From an uncultured virus (IMG/VR IMGVR_UViG_3300025391_000491) (lineage: Duplodnaviria; Heunggongvirae; Uroviricota; Caudoviricetes): 61,771 nt of DNA. Position 1 is the stretch's first letter, and every line of letters starts with the position of its first letter. The position numbers were made by a program, and so were the translations under genes. The DNA lies in IMG/VR virus record IMGVR_UViG_3300025391_000491. The stretch is one strand, 5' to 3'. The notes beneath the pieces were generated by a model. The model saw only the letters and a list, made by a program, of their open reading frames with translations, did no database searches and had not been told where the DNA came from. Below, piece by piece: positions 17,967 to 27,872 of the stretch.

Positions 17967-20291
17967 ATGAACCAAATCACCGTAGTAAAACGCAGTGGCC
18001 GTCGCGAACCATTGGATCTAGTCAAATGGCAGGCACAGATAGCCAAGGTATGCCAAGGCATCGCCGACGTCAGCCAAAGCATGATTGAAATCAAAAGCCA
18101 GTTGCATTTTTATGATGGAATCACCACCACGGAAATAGATGGAATCACGCTAAGAAGCATCGTGGATCTGATCGACGTAGAAAGCAATCCGGACATAGGC
18201 AATGTGAACTATCAGTATGTGGCTGGCAAACAACGACTCAGCATGCTGAGGAAAGATGTATATGGCAGCTATGATCCTCCGCATCTTTACGAAATCGTCA
18301 AACGCAATGTTGCTGTAGGCCTGTATTCGTCCGAACTGCTGTCATGGTACAGCGAGGACGATTGGAACCGAATGAACGACATGATCGACCACGACAAGGA
18401 CGAACTGTACGGATATGCTGCTATCGAGCAAATGATTGAAAAATATCTAGTGCGTAACAGAGCAACAAAGGAAATTTATGAAACTCCACAAGTTAGATAC
18501 ATGGTCGCGGCCGCTACTGTGTTTCATGCCGAAGAACCCAACAACGCACGCCTGCGCTACATCAAGGAGTACTACAACTGTGCCAGTGACGGACTGTTCA
18601 CTCTTGCCACTCCTGTGCTTGCAGGGCTTGGAACTCCTACTAAACAGTTTAGTTCATGTGTGCTTATACGTGCAGATGATGATCTGGATAGTATTTTTGC
18701 ATCGGGCGAGATGATGGCCAAATATGCCAGCAAGCGTGCTGGCATTGGTCTAGAAGTGGGACGTCTAAGACCGCTGGGCAGTCCTATTCGTGGTGGCGAA
18801 ATCATGCACACAGGCATGATACCGTTCCTGAAAAAATGGTTTGGTGATCTACGCAGTTGTAGTCAAGGTGGTATTCGCAATGCCAGTGCCACGGTGTTTT
18901 ATCCCATCTGGCATCTACAGTTTGACGATCTTATCGTGCTCAAAAACAACCAAGGTACCGAAGAGACTCGTGTGAGACACATGGACTATGGTGTGGTACT
19001 CAGCGCATTTTTCTGGCGTAGATTCAAGAACCGAGAGAATATTACATTTTTTGATCCCAATCAAGTGCCCGACCTGTATGAAGCTTTCTACAAAGACACT
19101 GCACGATTTGAAGAACTGTATGTGCGTTATGAGAAGCGGCAGGATCTACGTACCAAGACCATGGCAGCCGAGGATGTGTTCAAGGGTGGCATACTCAAGG
19201 AAAGAACTGACACCGGTCGAATCTATCTGGTGTTCATCGACAACGTGCAACGTCAAGGACCGTTTGATCCTGAATTCCATACCATTTATCAGAGTAACTT
19301 GTGTATGGAGATCCTGTTGCCTACCAAGAGCTTCAAACGCTTAGACGATGACGAAGGCAGAATTAGTTTATGCACTCTTGGGTCGCTAAACTGGGGAGCA
19401 TTTCGTAATCCAGAAGATATGCGTAGAGCAAATAGAATTTTGTTGCGTTCACTGAATAACATACTTGACTATCAAGACTTCTTATCTATTCAGAGTAAGT
19501 TAAGCAACGACGAGATTCGCCCTATTGGCATTGGTATTACTAACTTGGCCTATTGGCACGCTAAACGTGGATTAAAATACGGAACCCCGGAAGCATTAGC
19601 CGAAGTTAAAACTTGGACCGAACACCAAGCGTATTACTTAACAGAAGCTACTGTGGAACTTGCTAAGGAGCGAGGAGCTTGTTTACATTCTGCTAAAACA
19701 CGATACGGACAAGGAATATTCCCGTGGGAATTAAGAGCCGCCGGAGTAAACGAACTTACTAACTTTACGCCAGAACTTGACTGGGAAGCATTACGTGAAC
19801 AAATGAAACAATATGGTGTTCGTAATGCCACTGTTATGGCTGTGGCACCTGTAGAATCAAGCAGTGTAGTAATCAACTCAACCAACGGCATTGAAATGCC
19901 CATGAGCCTTATTACCGTTAAAGAATCAAAAGCAGGATCGCTCATCCAGGTGGCTCCTGAATACAACAAGTTAAAATCAAAATATCAACTTATGTGGGAT
20001 CAGAAGGACTGTATTGAATATCTTAAAACCGCAGCTGTTATTGCGGCATACACGGATCAAAGCCTGAGTTCAAATACTTTCTATAATCCTGCACACTATC
20101 CAGATAGAAAAGTTCCTACTACATTGATTGCCAAGAACTTGATGTTGGCCCATAAGTTTGGCCTCAAAACTCTATACTACTCACTAATAAACAAACAAGG
20201 TAGTAAAGGCCAAGATGACGAGGAAGCAACTGAATTGGAAGTGATTGATTTTGACGAATCTGAGGAGGATTGTGTGGCCTGTAAACTATGA
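17967..20291 (+). CDS. nrdA: class Ia ribonucleotide reductase alpha subunit
   Basis: ATP cone, SSCVL, QSNLCMEI, SLCTL, LYY and C-terminal CVAC. Confidence 0.96.
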   Translation: MNQITVVKRSGRREPLDLVKWQAQIAKVCQGIADVSQSMIEIKSQLHFYDGITTTEIDGITLRSIVDLIDVESNPDIGNVNYQYVAGKQRLSMLRKDVYGSYDPPHLYEIVKRNVAVGLYSSELLSWYSEDDWNRMNDMIDHDKDELYGYAAIEQMIEKYLVRNRATKEIYETPQVRYMVAAATVFHAEEPNNARLRYIKEYYNCASDGLFTLATPVLAGLGTPTKQFSSCVLIRADDDLDSIFASGEMMAKYASKRAGIGLEVGRLRPLGSPIRGGEIMHTGMIPFLKKWFGDLRSCSQGGIRNASATVFYPIWHLQFDDLIVLKNNQGTEETRVRHMDYGVVLSAFFWRRFKNRENITFFDPNQVPDLYEAFYKDTARFEELYVRYEKRQDLRTKTMAAEDVFKGGILKERTDTGRIYLVFIDNVQRQGPFDPEFHTIYQSNLCMEILLPTKSFKRLDDDEGRISLCTLGSLNWGAFRNPEDMRRANRILLRSLNNILDYQDFLSIQSKLSNDEIRPIGIGITNLAYWHAKRGLKYGTPEALAEVKTWTEHQAYYLTEATVELAKERGACLHSAKTRYGQGIFPWELRAAGVNELTNFTPELDWEALREQMKQYGVRNATVMAVAPVESSSVVINSTNGIEMPMSLITVKESKAGSLIQVAPEYNKLKSKYQLMWDQKDCIEYLKTAAVIAAYTDQSLSSNTFYNPAHYPDRKVPTTLIAKNLMLAHKFGLKTLYYSLINKQGSKGQDDEEATELEVIDFDESEEDCVACKL

Positions 20292-20524
20292 ACTATCAAC
20301 AGATTTACACTAATCTAATAATAAGTAAAGCACAACGGGCTAATGGCGGTAATGGACCTGCTAAACACAAAGAAGAATCAAAAAACAAAACTAAAGCATC
20401 AATGAAATTAAAGCCGCGAGCTAATAAAGTATGTCCGCATTGTAAAAAAGAAGGCGGATTCTTATCAATGAGTCGTTGGCACTTTGACAACTGTAAGGAA
20501 AAATATGTCACGAGCGCAATATGA
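20288..20524 (+). pseudogene. internally deleted homing endonuclease remnant
   Basis: MNYQQIYTNLI start and CPHC..MSRWHFDNCK tail typical of phage HNH endonucleases, with no catalytic core. Confidence 0.6.
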
Positions 20525-21605
20525 TTTATCAACAAAAACAGATTATACACGCAGGAAAATGTTCCTCGATCCTGCTGGACCTGTCACAATACAACGGTTT
20601 GAAGAAATTAAATATCAAAAACTTGGTAAGTTTGAGCAGGAACAAAGAGGGTTCTTTTGGGTACCTGAAGAAGTATCGTTAACCAAAGATGCTAACGACT
20701 TTAAAGAGGCAAGTGACACAGTTCGTCATATCTTTACAAGTAATTTATTGCGACAGACTGCTTTAGATAGTTTGCAAGGTCGTGGTCCAGTGCAAGTGTT
20801 CAGTCCTGTATGTTCCATTCCTGAACTCGAAGCACTGGTGATGGTGTGGTCGTTTATGGAAACAAACATTCACAGTCGCAGCTACAGTCATATCATTCGC
20901 AACATCTACAATGTGCCCAAGGACGAGTTCAATAGAATACACGACATCGAAGAGATAGTGGGCATGGCATCCAACATCGGAACTTACTATGATCGCTTGC
21001 ACCGACTGAACAGCAACAAAGAAATAGAGCTCGACGTAGACGAACAGGAACACATCCGTGCTATCTGGTTGGCACTCAATGCCAGTTACGGGCTGGAAGC
21101 ATTCAGATTCATGGTTAGCTTTGCTACCAGCTTGGCCATGGTGGAGAATCGCATCTTTATTGGCAACGGCAACATCATCAGCTTGATCCTACAGGATGAG
21201 ATCCTGCACAAGGACTGGACAGCTTGGATCATCAACCAAGTGGTCAAAGAAGATCCCAGATTTGCACAAGCACGCATCGACTGCGAGGAAGAAGTTTATG
21301 CCATGTACGCAGACGTGATACGAGAAGAAAAGGCCTGGGCCGACTATCTGTTCCAGAAAGGACCAGTAATTGGTCTCAATGCCAACATACTGAAAGATTT
21401 TGTAGATTTCATTGCTGTGGGTGCGCTAAAAGAAATTGGTATCAAGTATCGCTCACCGGCACCGCGTACTACGCCGGTGCCATGGTTCAACAAGCATGTG
21501 AACACATCAAACAAACAGACAGCGTTGCAAGAGTCAGAAAGCACCAACTATGTGATCGGAGTCATGAGTGATGTTCTAGATTACGACGCATTACCTGCGC
21601 TATAA
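20505..21605 (+). CDS. nrdB: class Ia ribonucleotide reductase beta subunit
   Basis: FFWVPEEV, LDSLQG, ETNIHSRSY, LEAFRF, QDEILH. Confidence 0.96.
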   Translation: MSRAQYDLSTKTDYTRRKMFLDPAGPVTIQRFEEIKYQKLGKFEQEQRGFFWVPEEVSLTKDANDFKEASDTVRHIFTSNLLRQTALDSLQGRGPVQVFSPVCSIPELEALVMVWSFMETNIHSRSYSHIIRNIYNVPKDEFNRIHDIEEIVGMASNIGTYYDRLHRLNSNKEIELDVDEQEHIRAIWLALNASYGLEAFRFMVSFATSLAMVENRIFIGNGNIISLILQDEILHKDWTAWIINQVVKEDPRFAQARIDCEEEVYAMYADVIREEKAWADYLFQKGPVIGLNANILKDFVDFIAVGALKEIGIKYRSPAPRTTPVPWFNKHVNTSNKQTALQESESTNYVIGVMSDVLDYDALPAL

Positions 21606-21625
21606 TAACTCAAAGGAGAACAAAA

Positions 21626-21850
21626 ATGAAAGCCATCGTATGGTCAAAGAATCACTGCCCCTATTGTGATCAGGCCAAAAACTTGCTGAAACTCAAAGGT
21701 ATCGAATACGAAGAAAGAAACATCAACCAAGGATGGGACCGCGAGGACCTCATGGCTGCTGTGCCCTCTGCCAGAACTGTGCCACAGATTTTTCTAGACG
21801 ATAAATTAGTAGGTGGATTTAACGAACTTCGACAACTTTTACAAGGATAG
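21626..21850 (+). CDS. glutaredoxin
   Basis: CPYC, TVPQIF, GG. Confidence 0.93.
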   Translation: MKAIVWSKNHCPYCDQAKNLLKLKGIEYEERNINQGWDREDLMAAVPSARTVPQIFLDDKLVGGFNELRQLLQG

Positions 21851-21851
21851 C

Positions 21852-22148
21852 ATGCTTACTCTAGATCAAGTTTACACCATCAAGATAGCCAACGGTGACG
21901 AAATAGTGGCCAAGGTGGTCGCTGAAGATGTGGACACGTACACCGTGATCAGACCGCTCACGGTAATTCCCGGACGTGAAGGAATCAACATGGTCAACAG
22001 TTTATTCACAGTCGGCCCCGACGAACCAGTCACTATAAATAAATCACAGGTGGCACTGTATGCTGTGGCCAGGCAAGAAGTATGCGACAGCTATCTAGAA
22101 GCCACCACTGGCATCAAGCCAGTGCGCAACAAGATCTTGATGGGATAA
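21852..22148 (+). CDS. hypothetical protein (Sm-like fold possible)
   Basis: IKIANGDEIVAK motif. Confidence 0.55.
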   Translation: MLTLDQVYTIKIANGDEIVAKVVAEDVDTYTVIRPLTVIPGREGINMVNSLFTVGPDEPVTINKSQVALYAVARQEVCDSYLEATTGIKPVRNKILMG

Positions 22149-22149
22149 C

Positions 22150-22440
22150 ATGCCAGGCTTTGTACAACGTGTGGGTGATGCTGATGTGGGCGGAGGAGTG
22201 ATTCTAACCGGCGAGCCCACTGTGTTGGTCAATTTTAGGCCCATAGCCACTGTGGGCAGTTTGGTCAGTCCACATCCTCCTTGCGGCCACCCGGGCGGTG
22301 CACTGCACTGTGCAGCCGTGACCACTACCAACAGTCCTACCATCTTGGCCGGATTCCGTCCCATAACCACAGCTGGCACTATTGACACCTGCGGCCATCC
22401 GCGTGTGACTGGGGCCTTCACCGTCATAGCAGGATTGTAA
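22150..22440 (+). CDS. PAAR-like tail spike tip protein
   Basis: RVGD, PIATVG, PITTAG..CGH repeats with His/Cys ligands. Confidence 0.8.
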   Translation: MPGFVQRVGDADVGGGVILTGEPTVLVNFRPIATVGSLVSPHPPCGHPGGALHCAAVTTTNSPTILAGFRPITTAGTIDTCGHPRVTGAFTVIAGL

Positions 22441-22441
22441 A

Positions 22442-23404
22442 TTGACTGTCACTTACCTGACTGCACTGCAACTGGATGCCGCAGCCGGTCTGTTGCAAAA
22501 CACAGGCCTTGCAGCCAATGCGGCCCTGACCACGGCCATTGGCACCTACAACAGCACCGATCCAATCGGCAATCTGCTGAGTACCTTGGCCAATTCGACC
22601 TTGGCCAATCTTTCCAATGTGACCATACAAAGTCTCGAGAGCCTGGCCAGCAACACCTGTCCGGCCTTGGCTGACAGCTTGCCCACCGGCTACACCACTC
22701 TGACCGTGGATACCACCTTGTTTACTGGACTGCTGAGCAACACAGCTACATTGTACATGGGTCAAGGGGATCTTACCAAATTTGCACAGGCCCTGAGCCA
22801 GGCACAAAGCTATGTGGATCTGACTGCGATCTTTGTCAATTCGGCCATCAATAGCCAGACCTATCTGGGCAACACATTTACCAGCATGAACAATACCATC
22901 ACGGGTGATATCACCACAGTGAACTTGGCCACTCAGGCTTTTGGTCAGGATCTGGCCAATCTGGGAGACTTGATTAACTTGAACGATCTGGGCAATTTTG
23001 GCAGTCCGCTGGGTCTGATACAACAGATATACAGTGTGACTGGCGCCATACCCAGTGTCAGTATCATGTTTGTGGCAGTGGGTATACCAGTCAACGTGGT
23101 ACTTGGTCTTGTTGACCCCACAATCAGTGTCACTGACAGCATACAACGCCTCATGTACACTGCCATGCAACAGATCACCGGCAACGACCTAGCACAGATA
23201 CTGAGTGTGTTAAAAGTGACCACTTTGGGTATCACGACCATGGCTGATCTACTGAATCCGATCAAGTTGTTCCCCAACAGCTATGCCAGTCTCACTGTCC
23301 CGGCCAAGGGCCAGCCACGACCCATCTATGTCAACAGCACTGCCAGCGTGGATCGGGCCCTGATCAACGAATTGCCATCCTACATAATAAACAGCCTCGC
23401 ATGA
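22442..23404 (+). CDS. putative tail/baseplate structural protein
   Basis: Thr/Ala/Asn/Leu-rich, directly after PAAR. Confidence 0.5.
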   Translation: MTVTYLTALQLDAAAGLLQNTGLAANAALTTAIGTYNSTDPIGNLLSTLANSTLANLSNVTIQSLESLASNTCPALADSLPTGYTTLTVDTTLFTGLLSNTATLYMGQGDLTKFAQALSQAQSYVDLTAIFVNSAINSQTYLGNTFTSMNNTITGDITTVNLATQAFGQDLANLGDLINLNDLGNFGSPLGLIQQIYSVTGAIPSVSIMFVAVGIPVNVVLGLVDPTISVTDSIQRLMYTAMQQITGNDLAQILSVLKVTTLGITTMADLLNPIKLFPNSYASLTVPAKGQPRPIYVNSTASVDRALINELPSYIINSLA

Positions 23405-24351
23405 TACCCTACGATAGACTCAGCCAGATAGTACCAGCCGACCAGGCTCTGGCCTGCAAGGCCATCAGTGTGAGTCTGAACCAGATCGCCGGCATCACGA
23501 CCATGACCTTGCCCAGCTTGGCCACTGTGGTCAGCGGCCAAGAGACCACTCGAGACTTGCCGTTAATTTCGGCCCTGACTGTGGCAGTACCGCCTGCGGT
23601 GGCCAATTATTTTACCAGCAACGTGGCTGTTGGAACAGGAACAGGAAACAGTATCGTGATCTGTGATGTTCTGGGCACCGCCAGCGGATTTGTCAGTGCC
23701 CCGGCTCTGGGCAATACCATATCTAGATTCTCGACCATGGATCTTGCCAGTCTGACCACGATCTATTATACCATGGCGCAGGTGGCATCGGGCATTTGGA
23801 CCACATTCGAACCGTTGAGTCCAACCGTCACGACCACCACTATCCCGGCAGGCTATCCGGCTGCCGGAACCTATGCCAGCCAAGACTTGGCCATACAGGC
23901 TCTGATACCCTTGGCCCAGGCCGAGATTGCTGACCTGATCGTGCGATATCCCACGCAGACTTCGGCCATGAATACCGACTGGAACAACATGGCTACTCAG
24001 TTGACCTTGGAAAAACAGTTGCAGGCGCAAGCCGGACTGAATTTTGCCAATCTGGTGCCCAACAGTACCAGTTCCATGTACAGCTTTGTGTTCAACATGA
24101 ACTCGTATGGAAATGATACACAGGTGGGTGGTCAAGCACAGCTGATCGAAGGTGTGGGCGATCTGACCACATTTACCGGTCAAGCCGTGATAGCTGCCAT
24201 GCGAGAAGGTCGCAATCAGATTGGTTTGCAATCAGTGGGAATCACCACCAATGGTCCAATTCCGGCAGATCCAAATCCGCCTCCACTACAGGCCAATCTT
24301 ATACCCAGCACCTACACAGCTCAACAAGCCGCAAATATAGTCGTTGTATAA
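23401..24351 (+). CDS. putative tail/baseplate structural protein
   Basis: Coupled to the previous gene, similar composition. Confidence 0.5.
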   Translation: MIPYDRLSQIVPADQALACKAISVSLNQIAGITTMTLPSLATVVSGQETTRDLPLISALTVAVPPAVANYFTSNVAVGTGTGNSIVICDVLGTASGFVSAPALGNTISRFSTMDLASLTTIYYTMAQVASGIWTTFEPLSPTVTTTTIPAGYPAAGTYASQDLAIQALIPLAQAEIADLIVRYPTQTSAMNTDWNNMATQLTLEKQLQAQAGLNFANLVPNSTSSMYSFVFNMNSYGNDTQVGGQAQLIEGVGDLTTFTGQAVIAAMREGRNQIGLQSVGITTNGPIPADPNPPPLQANLIPSTYTAQQAANIVVV

Positions 24352-24391
24352 AAACAACACTTTTCAAGCCCTGTTCGACGGGGTCAATTTT

Positions 24392-24433
24392 GGTTGACCA
24401 AAAACGCCCGTTCGGTTATAATAGTAGTATAGT
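24392..24433 (+). promoter_or_regulatory. repeated early promoter module, copy 1
   Basis: TTGACC(24394)-17-TATAAT(24417)-AGTAGTATAGT. Confidence 0.85.
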
Positions 24434-24451
24434 AAACGAACGGAGTCAAAC

Positions 24452-24673
24452 ATGGACCAAATGACTAAACAAATTGAAGGTTGGGGCGAAGTGGGTATAG
24501 ACTCAGAAGCCAGCCCAGGCAATGGTCGATACTATGTCAAGTGCTATGTCAACGGCCACGACACAGTGGGATTTGACACTGAAGAGGAAGCTCTACTAGA
24601 GTTAGAGTTTATAATTCAAGGCCTTAAAGCATACTCCGATCCGGGCAGGCATACCCAATTACGTTTTGGTTGA
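24452..24673 (+). CDS. small hypothetical early protein
   Basis: GGAG RBS. Stop codon lies inside the next -35 box. Confidence 0.6.
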   Translation: MDQMTKQIEGWGEVGIDSEASPGNGRYYVKCYVNGHDTVGFDTEEEALLELEFIIQGLKAYSDPGRHTQLRFG

Positions 24674-24709
24674 CCAAAAATGCCATTTCGGTTATAATAG
24701 TAGTATAGT
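24668..24709 (+). promoter_or_regulatory. repeated early promoter module, copy 2
   Basis: TTGACC(24670)-17-TATAAT(24693)-AGTAGTATAGT. Confidence 0.85.
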
Positions 24710-24729
24710 TAAATTTTTAAGGAGCCCAA

Positions 24730-24951
24730 ATGTTTAATGCAAAACAAACCCAATTGATGAATACCTTGGGTATTGTAAGCGACGCAGATCGCGAGCGCAT
24801 GTACGAAAATTACTGCGAAATCAAGTTCGAATTACAGGCCAACGGTATGAGATCATACAGTTCTTTCACCAGTTTCCTTGAGAAAAAAGTGCAATTTGCC
24901 CTGATGCGTGCCCGTGAAAATGCCGATAAAACCCTGGCACAGCTGGCCTAA
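24730..24951 (+). CDS. small hypothetical early protein
   Basis: AAGGAG RBS after the promoter. Confidence 0.65.
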   Translation: MFNAKQTQLMNTLGIVSDADRERMYENYCEIKFELQANGMRSYSSFTSFLEKKVQFALMRARENADKTLAQLA

Positions 24952-24955
24952 AAAC

Positions 24956-24997
24956 GGTTGACCCAAAATGACCCGTTTGTTATAATAGTAGTATAGT
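24956..24997 (+). promoter_or_regulatory. repeated early promoter module, copy 3
   Basis: TTGACC(24958)-17-TATAAT(24981)-AGTAGTATAGT. Confidence 0.85.
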
Positions 24998-25015
24998 CGA
25001 TAACAAGGAGCTGAA

Positions 25016-25246
25016 ATGACAACAGTACAATACAAAGTGGGCGATGATGTTAGCCACGGTATCGGTGGCGATCGCTATTACGATGGTAAAATTACTCGTA
25101 TGACCAAGCGATTTATTTTCACCGATTCCGGTCGTCGATACACTCGCAAAGAGGACAAAAATGGTCGTGTTTATTACACGCAGACCGGTTGCAAGTACTG
25201 TTATTTGATTCCGGGCAAACACGACTACATGGACCCACATTTCTAA
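25016..25246 (+). CDS. small hypothetical early protein
   Basis: AAGGAG RBS, ends in YMDPHF. Confidence 0.7.
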   Translation: MTTVQYKVGDDVSHGIGGDRYYDGKITRMTKRFIFTDSGRRYTRKEDKNGRVYYTQTGCKYCYLIPGKHDYMDPHF

Positions 25247-25258
25247 TAGGAGAACAAC

Positions 25259-25675
25259 ATGGGAACAAGATCACTTACTTTTGTGTATGAAGAAGCATTT
25301 AATCCCGGCGACGAACCACAGCCGATCATAAATCTTTATCGTCAGTATGACGGTTATCCTACAGGACACGGCGCAGAGCTGGCTGAATTCTTATCAACGG
25401 TCAAGAGCAATGGTATGTCGTGTTTGGCAGCTCAGTTGGTAGCTAACTTTAAAGACGGACCAGGTCAGTTCTATCTTTATCCAGTTACTGCCAAAGACTG
25501 CGGACAGGACTATGAGTATCACATCTACCAGCAACAAGATACATTCCGCGTAGTGGTGGGAAATAAAGGCTGTAATATGTTTGGGCTCATCATGAGCGAC
25601 AAGAACGACTATATCTTTGACGGCAATGTCAAAGAATTTGTAAATTTCTGTACAAAGAAAGAGGAGATTGAATAA
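25259..25675 (+). CDS. hypothetical phage protein
   Basis: MGTRS..YRQYDGYP motif, AGGAG RBS. Confidence 0.7.
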   Translation: MGTRSLTFVYEEAFNPGDEPQPIINLYRQYDGYPTGHGAELAEFLSTVKSNGMSCLAAQLVANFKDGPGQFYLYPVTAKDCGQDYEYHIYQQQDTFRVVVGNKGCNMFGLIMSDKNDYIFDGNVKEFVNFCTKKEEIE

Positions 25676-25857
25676 TGGAATTCAATAAACGAATCAACTT
25701 GGTCAAGTACACTTTGACCCCAGATCAGATCATGTCGTGGGTAGGTGGGTTACATGACATACAAGCCGACATGATCGAAGAGGCCCTGGAGGACAAAGGC
25801 TTCCTGGGCTACCCAGAAGCAAACCAAATTATCAATCACATACGAGGACTGAAATAA
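25675..25857 (+). CDS. hypothetical protein
   Basis: Translationally coupled ORF. Confidence 0.55.
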   Translation: MEFNKRINLVKYTLTPDQIMSWVGGLHDIQADMIEEALEDKGFLGYPEANQIINHIRGLK

Positions 25858-26285
25858 TGGGATTAGACATGTATGCTTACAGTTCCGCTCGTGCTGGGCA
25901 ATACACAGAATTTTGGCAGTCAGCCGAATTGCAGGATGATAAAGAGTTTACCAGTACAGTGGTATCTCAACCTGTAGAAATAGCCTACTGGCGCAAGCAT
26001 CCTAATCTACATGGCTGGATGGAACGGCTTTGGTATCACCGCTGTCGAGAATCCGGGCAGAATATTGATGAGGACAGCTTCAATGGTATTGAACTGGAAC
26101 TGACCAGAGAAGACCTTGACAATCTGGAGCATGATGTAACCAACAATCTGCTACCTGGCACCACTGGATTCTTTTTTGGCAGTGACAGTGACGATTACTA
26201 TCGTGAAAAAGATCTAGCGTTCGTACGGCGTGCCCGTGCCGACTTGTTTTTAGGTCTGCGTGTATTTTACAACTCCAGCTGGTAG
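25857..26285 (+). CDS. hypothetical phage protein
   Basis: MGLDMY..YWRKHPNLHGWM..GFFFG..YNSSW pattern. Confidence 0.7.
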   Translation: MGLDMYAYSSARAGQYTEFWQSAELQDDKEFTSTVVSQPVEIAYWRKHPNLHGWMERLWYHRCRESGQNIDEDSFNGIELELTREDLDNLEHDVTNNLLPGTTGFFFGSDSDDYYREKDLAFVRRARADLFLGLRVFYNSSW

Positions 26286-26292
26286 TAAATAT

Positions 26293-27675
26293 ATGACAAC
26301 TATAGATTATGGATCAGAACAATTCAACAGGATCAAAGTGGCCGCAGACTGGATCAGAGACCTAGAAGACAACGACAGCCGCAAGCACAAAGAGCTTGTG
26401 ATTGAACGGGCCCTGGTAGCTGCTCAGTTGGGCTCGGCCAATGCCCAATGTTTCTTGTTCAACTGCTATCAGGCCTACAATCCCTACTATGTGTTTGGTG
26501 TCAAGAAAGTTCTAGAAACCAAAGGCTTAGAAAACAGACCCAATCCTTGGCCCAAGTTCTGGGCCATGCTAGAAGGTTTACGCACTCGTAGTCTTACCGG
26601 ACACAATGCCAAGACCGCTATCGAATCGATGAGTGAACAGTTTGACAGCATAGAATGGAACAACCTATGCCGTAGGGTCATCATCAAGGACCTGCGCTGT
26701 GGTATCACAGAAAAGACCTTGAACAAGGTGTTGGGTAATACGGAATGGAAAATTCCTACATTTACTTGTCAACTGGCAACAGATTCAAACGATCATCAAA
26801 GCAAAATGACCGGCACCAAGCGAATTGAATGCAAGCTAGATGGTGTGCGTGTGTTGGCAGTGATAACCAAAAACACCATAAATCTCTACAGCCGCAATGG
26901 CAAAAGATTTGACAATTTTCCACAGATTGAAGCTGAACTTGAAAGTATCAGACCACAGCTGAACATACATCTGGGCAAGCTGGATGGCAGTGGTATAGTG
27001 TTGGATGGTGAAATTGTGGGCGAAAGTTTCCAGGCCTTGATGAAACAGGCACAACGTAAAACCAATGTGGAAACCAAGGACATGACCTACTATGTGTTTG
27101 ACTGGATTCCTATCGCTGATTTTGAACGTGGTTATTGGAACGCTCAACAACACAAACGCACCAATCTGTTAGAATCAAAAAAAGAAATATTCGAATCTAC
27201 CCGGTCGGTCCGAATCATGCCTGGTATGGATGTGGATTTAGACACAGCCGAAGGACACGATGTCATGCGCAGGTTTGCTACAGACGCTGTTGCGGCCGGT
27301 TATGAAGGTATCATGATCAAAGATGTCAATGCTCCATATGAATGCAAGCGGTCGACATTCTGGATGAAATGGAAACCGGTCATGACAGTGGATTTGAATA
27401 TAGTGGGTTTTGAAGAAGGTACCGGTCGCAATCGTGGACGCCTGGGTGCTATAATATGTGAAGGAGTAGATGATGATCGTAATATTCGTGTCAATGTGGG
27501 CAGTGGTCTTTCCGACGCTGATCGCGATCAATATTGGACCGCCCGAGATGACCTGCTTGGTCGAGTGGTTGAAGTGGCAGCAGATGCCGTCACCCAAAAT
27601 CAAGATGGCTCTTACAGTTTGAGATTTCCTCGATTTGTGAGATTCAGAGGATTTGAAGCCGGAGAGAAATTGTGA
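26293..27675 (+). CDS. ATP-dependent DNA ligase
   Basis: KLDGVR, SRNGK, LDGEI, EGIMIK, KWKP, SLRFPRF. Confidence 0.95.
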   Translation: MTTIDYGSEQFNRIKVAADWIRDLEDNDSRKHKELVIERALVAAQLGSANAQCFLFNCYQAYNPYYVFGVKKVLETKGLENRPNPWPKFWAMLEGLRTRSLTGHNAKTAIESMSEQFDSIEWNNLCRRVIIKDLRCGITEKTLNKVLGNTEWKIPTFTCQLATDSNDHQSKMTGTKRIECKLDGVRVLAVITKNTINLYSRNGKRFDNFPQIEAELESIRPQLNIHLGKLDGSGIVLDGEIVGESFQALMKQAQRKTNVETKDMTYYVFDWIPIADFERGYWNAQQHKRTNLLESKKEIFESTRSVRIMPGMDVDLDTAEGHDVMRRFATDAVAAGYEGIMIKDVNAPYECKRSTFWMKWKPVMTVDLNIVGFEEGTGRNRGRLGAIICEGVDDDRNIRVNVGSGLSDADRDQYWTARDDLLGRVVEVAADAVTQNQDGSYSLRFPRFVRFRGFEAGEKL

Positions 27676-27863
27676 ACTTTGGGGATCGAGATGGATTTGA
27701 TGAATATACAGTGACATTCGTTTGCGGCGGAGACGAGATGCTCCGAATCACTCGAACAGGTTTTTATGTACGTGGACAAAGGCTCGAACAGGATGACTGT
27801 GAAGCTGAACAAGTGTATAATAGTTTTACGCAATGGCTGGCGTGGCAACAACTTCAACGATAG
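27672..27863 (+). CDS. hypothetical protein
   Basis: Coupled 63-aa ORF. Confidence 0.5.
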   Translation: MNFGDRDGFDEYTVTFVCGGDEMLRITRTGFYVRGQRLEQDDCEAEQVYNSFTQWLAWQQLQR

Positions 27864-27872
27864 GAGAATCAA

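Noticed and set aside
22150..22440. Type VI secretion system
   Set aside because: The PAAR gene sits among phage genes with no T6SS components, so it fits a tail spike tip.
24392..24997. Regularly spaced repeats as a CRISPR array
   Set aside because: The intervening ~240-bp segments contain ORFs with RBSs, the repeats are -35/-10 promoters, and there are no cas genes.
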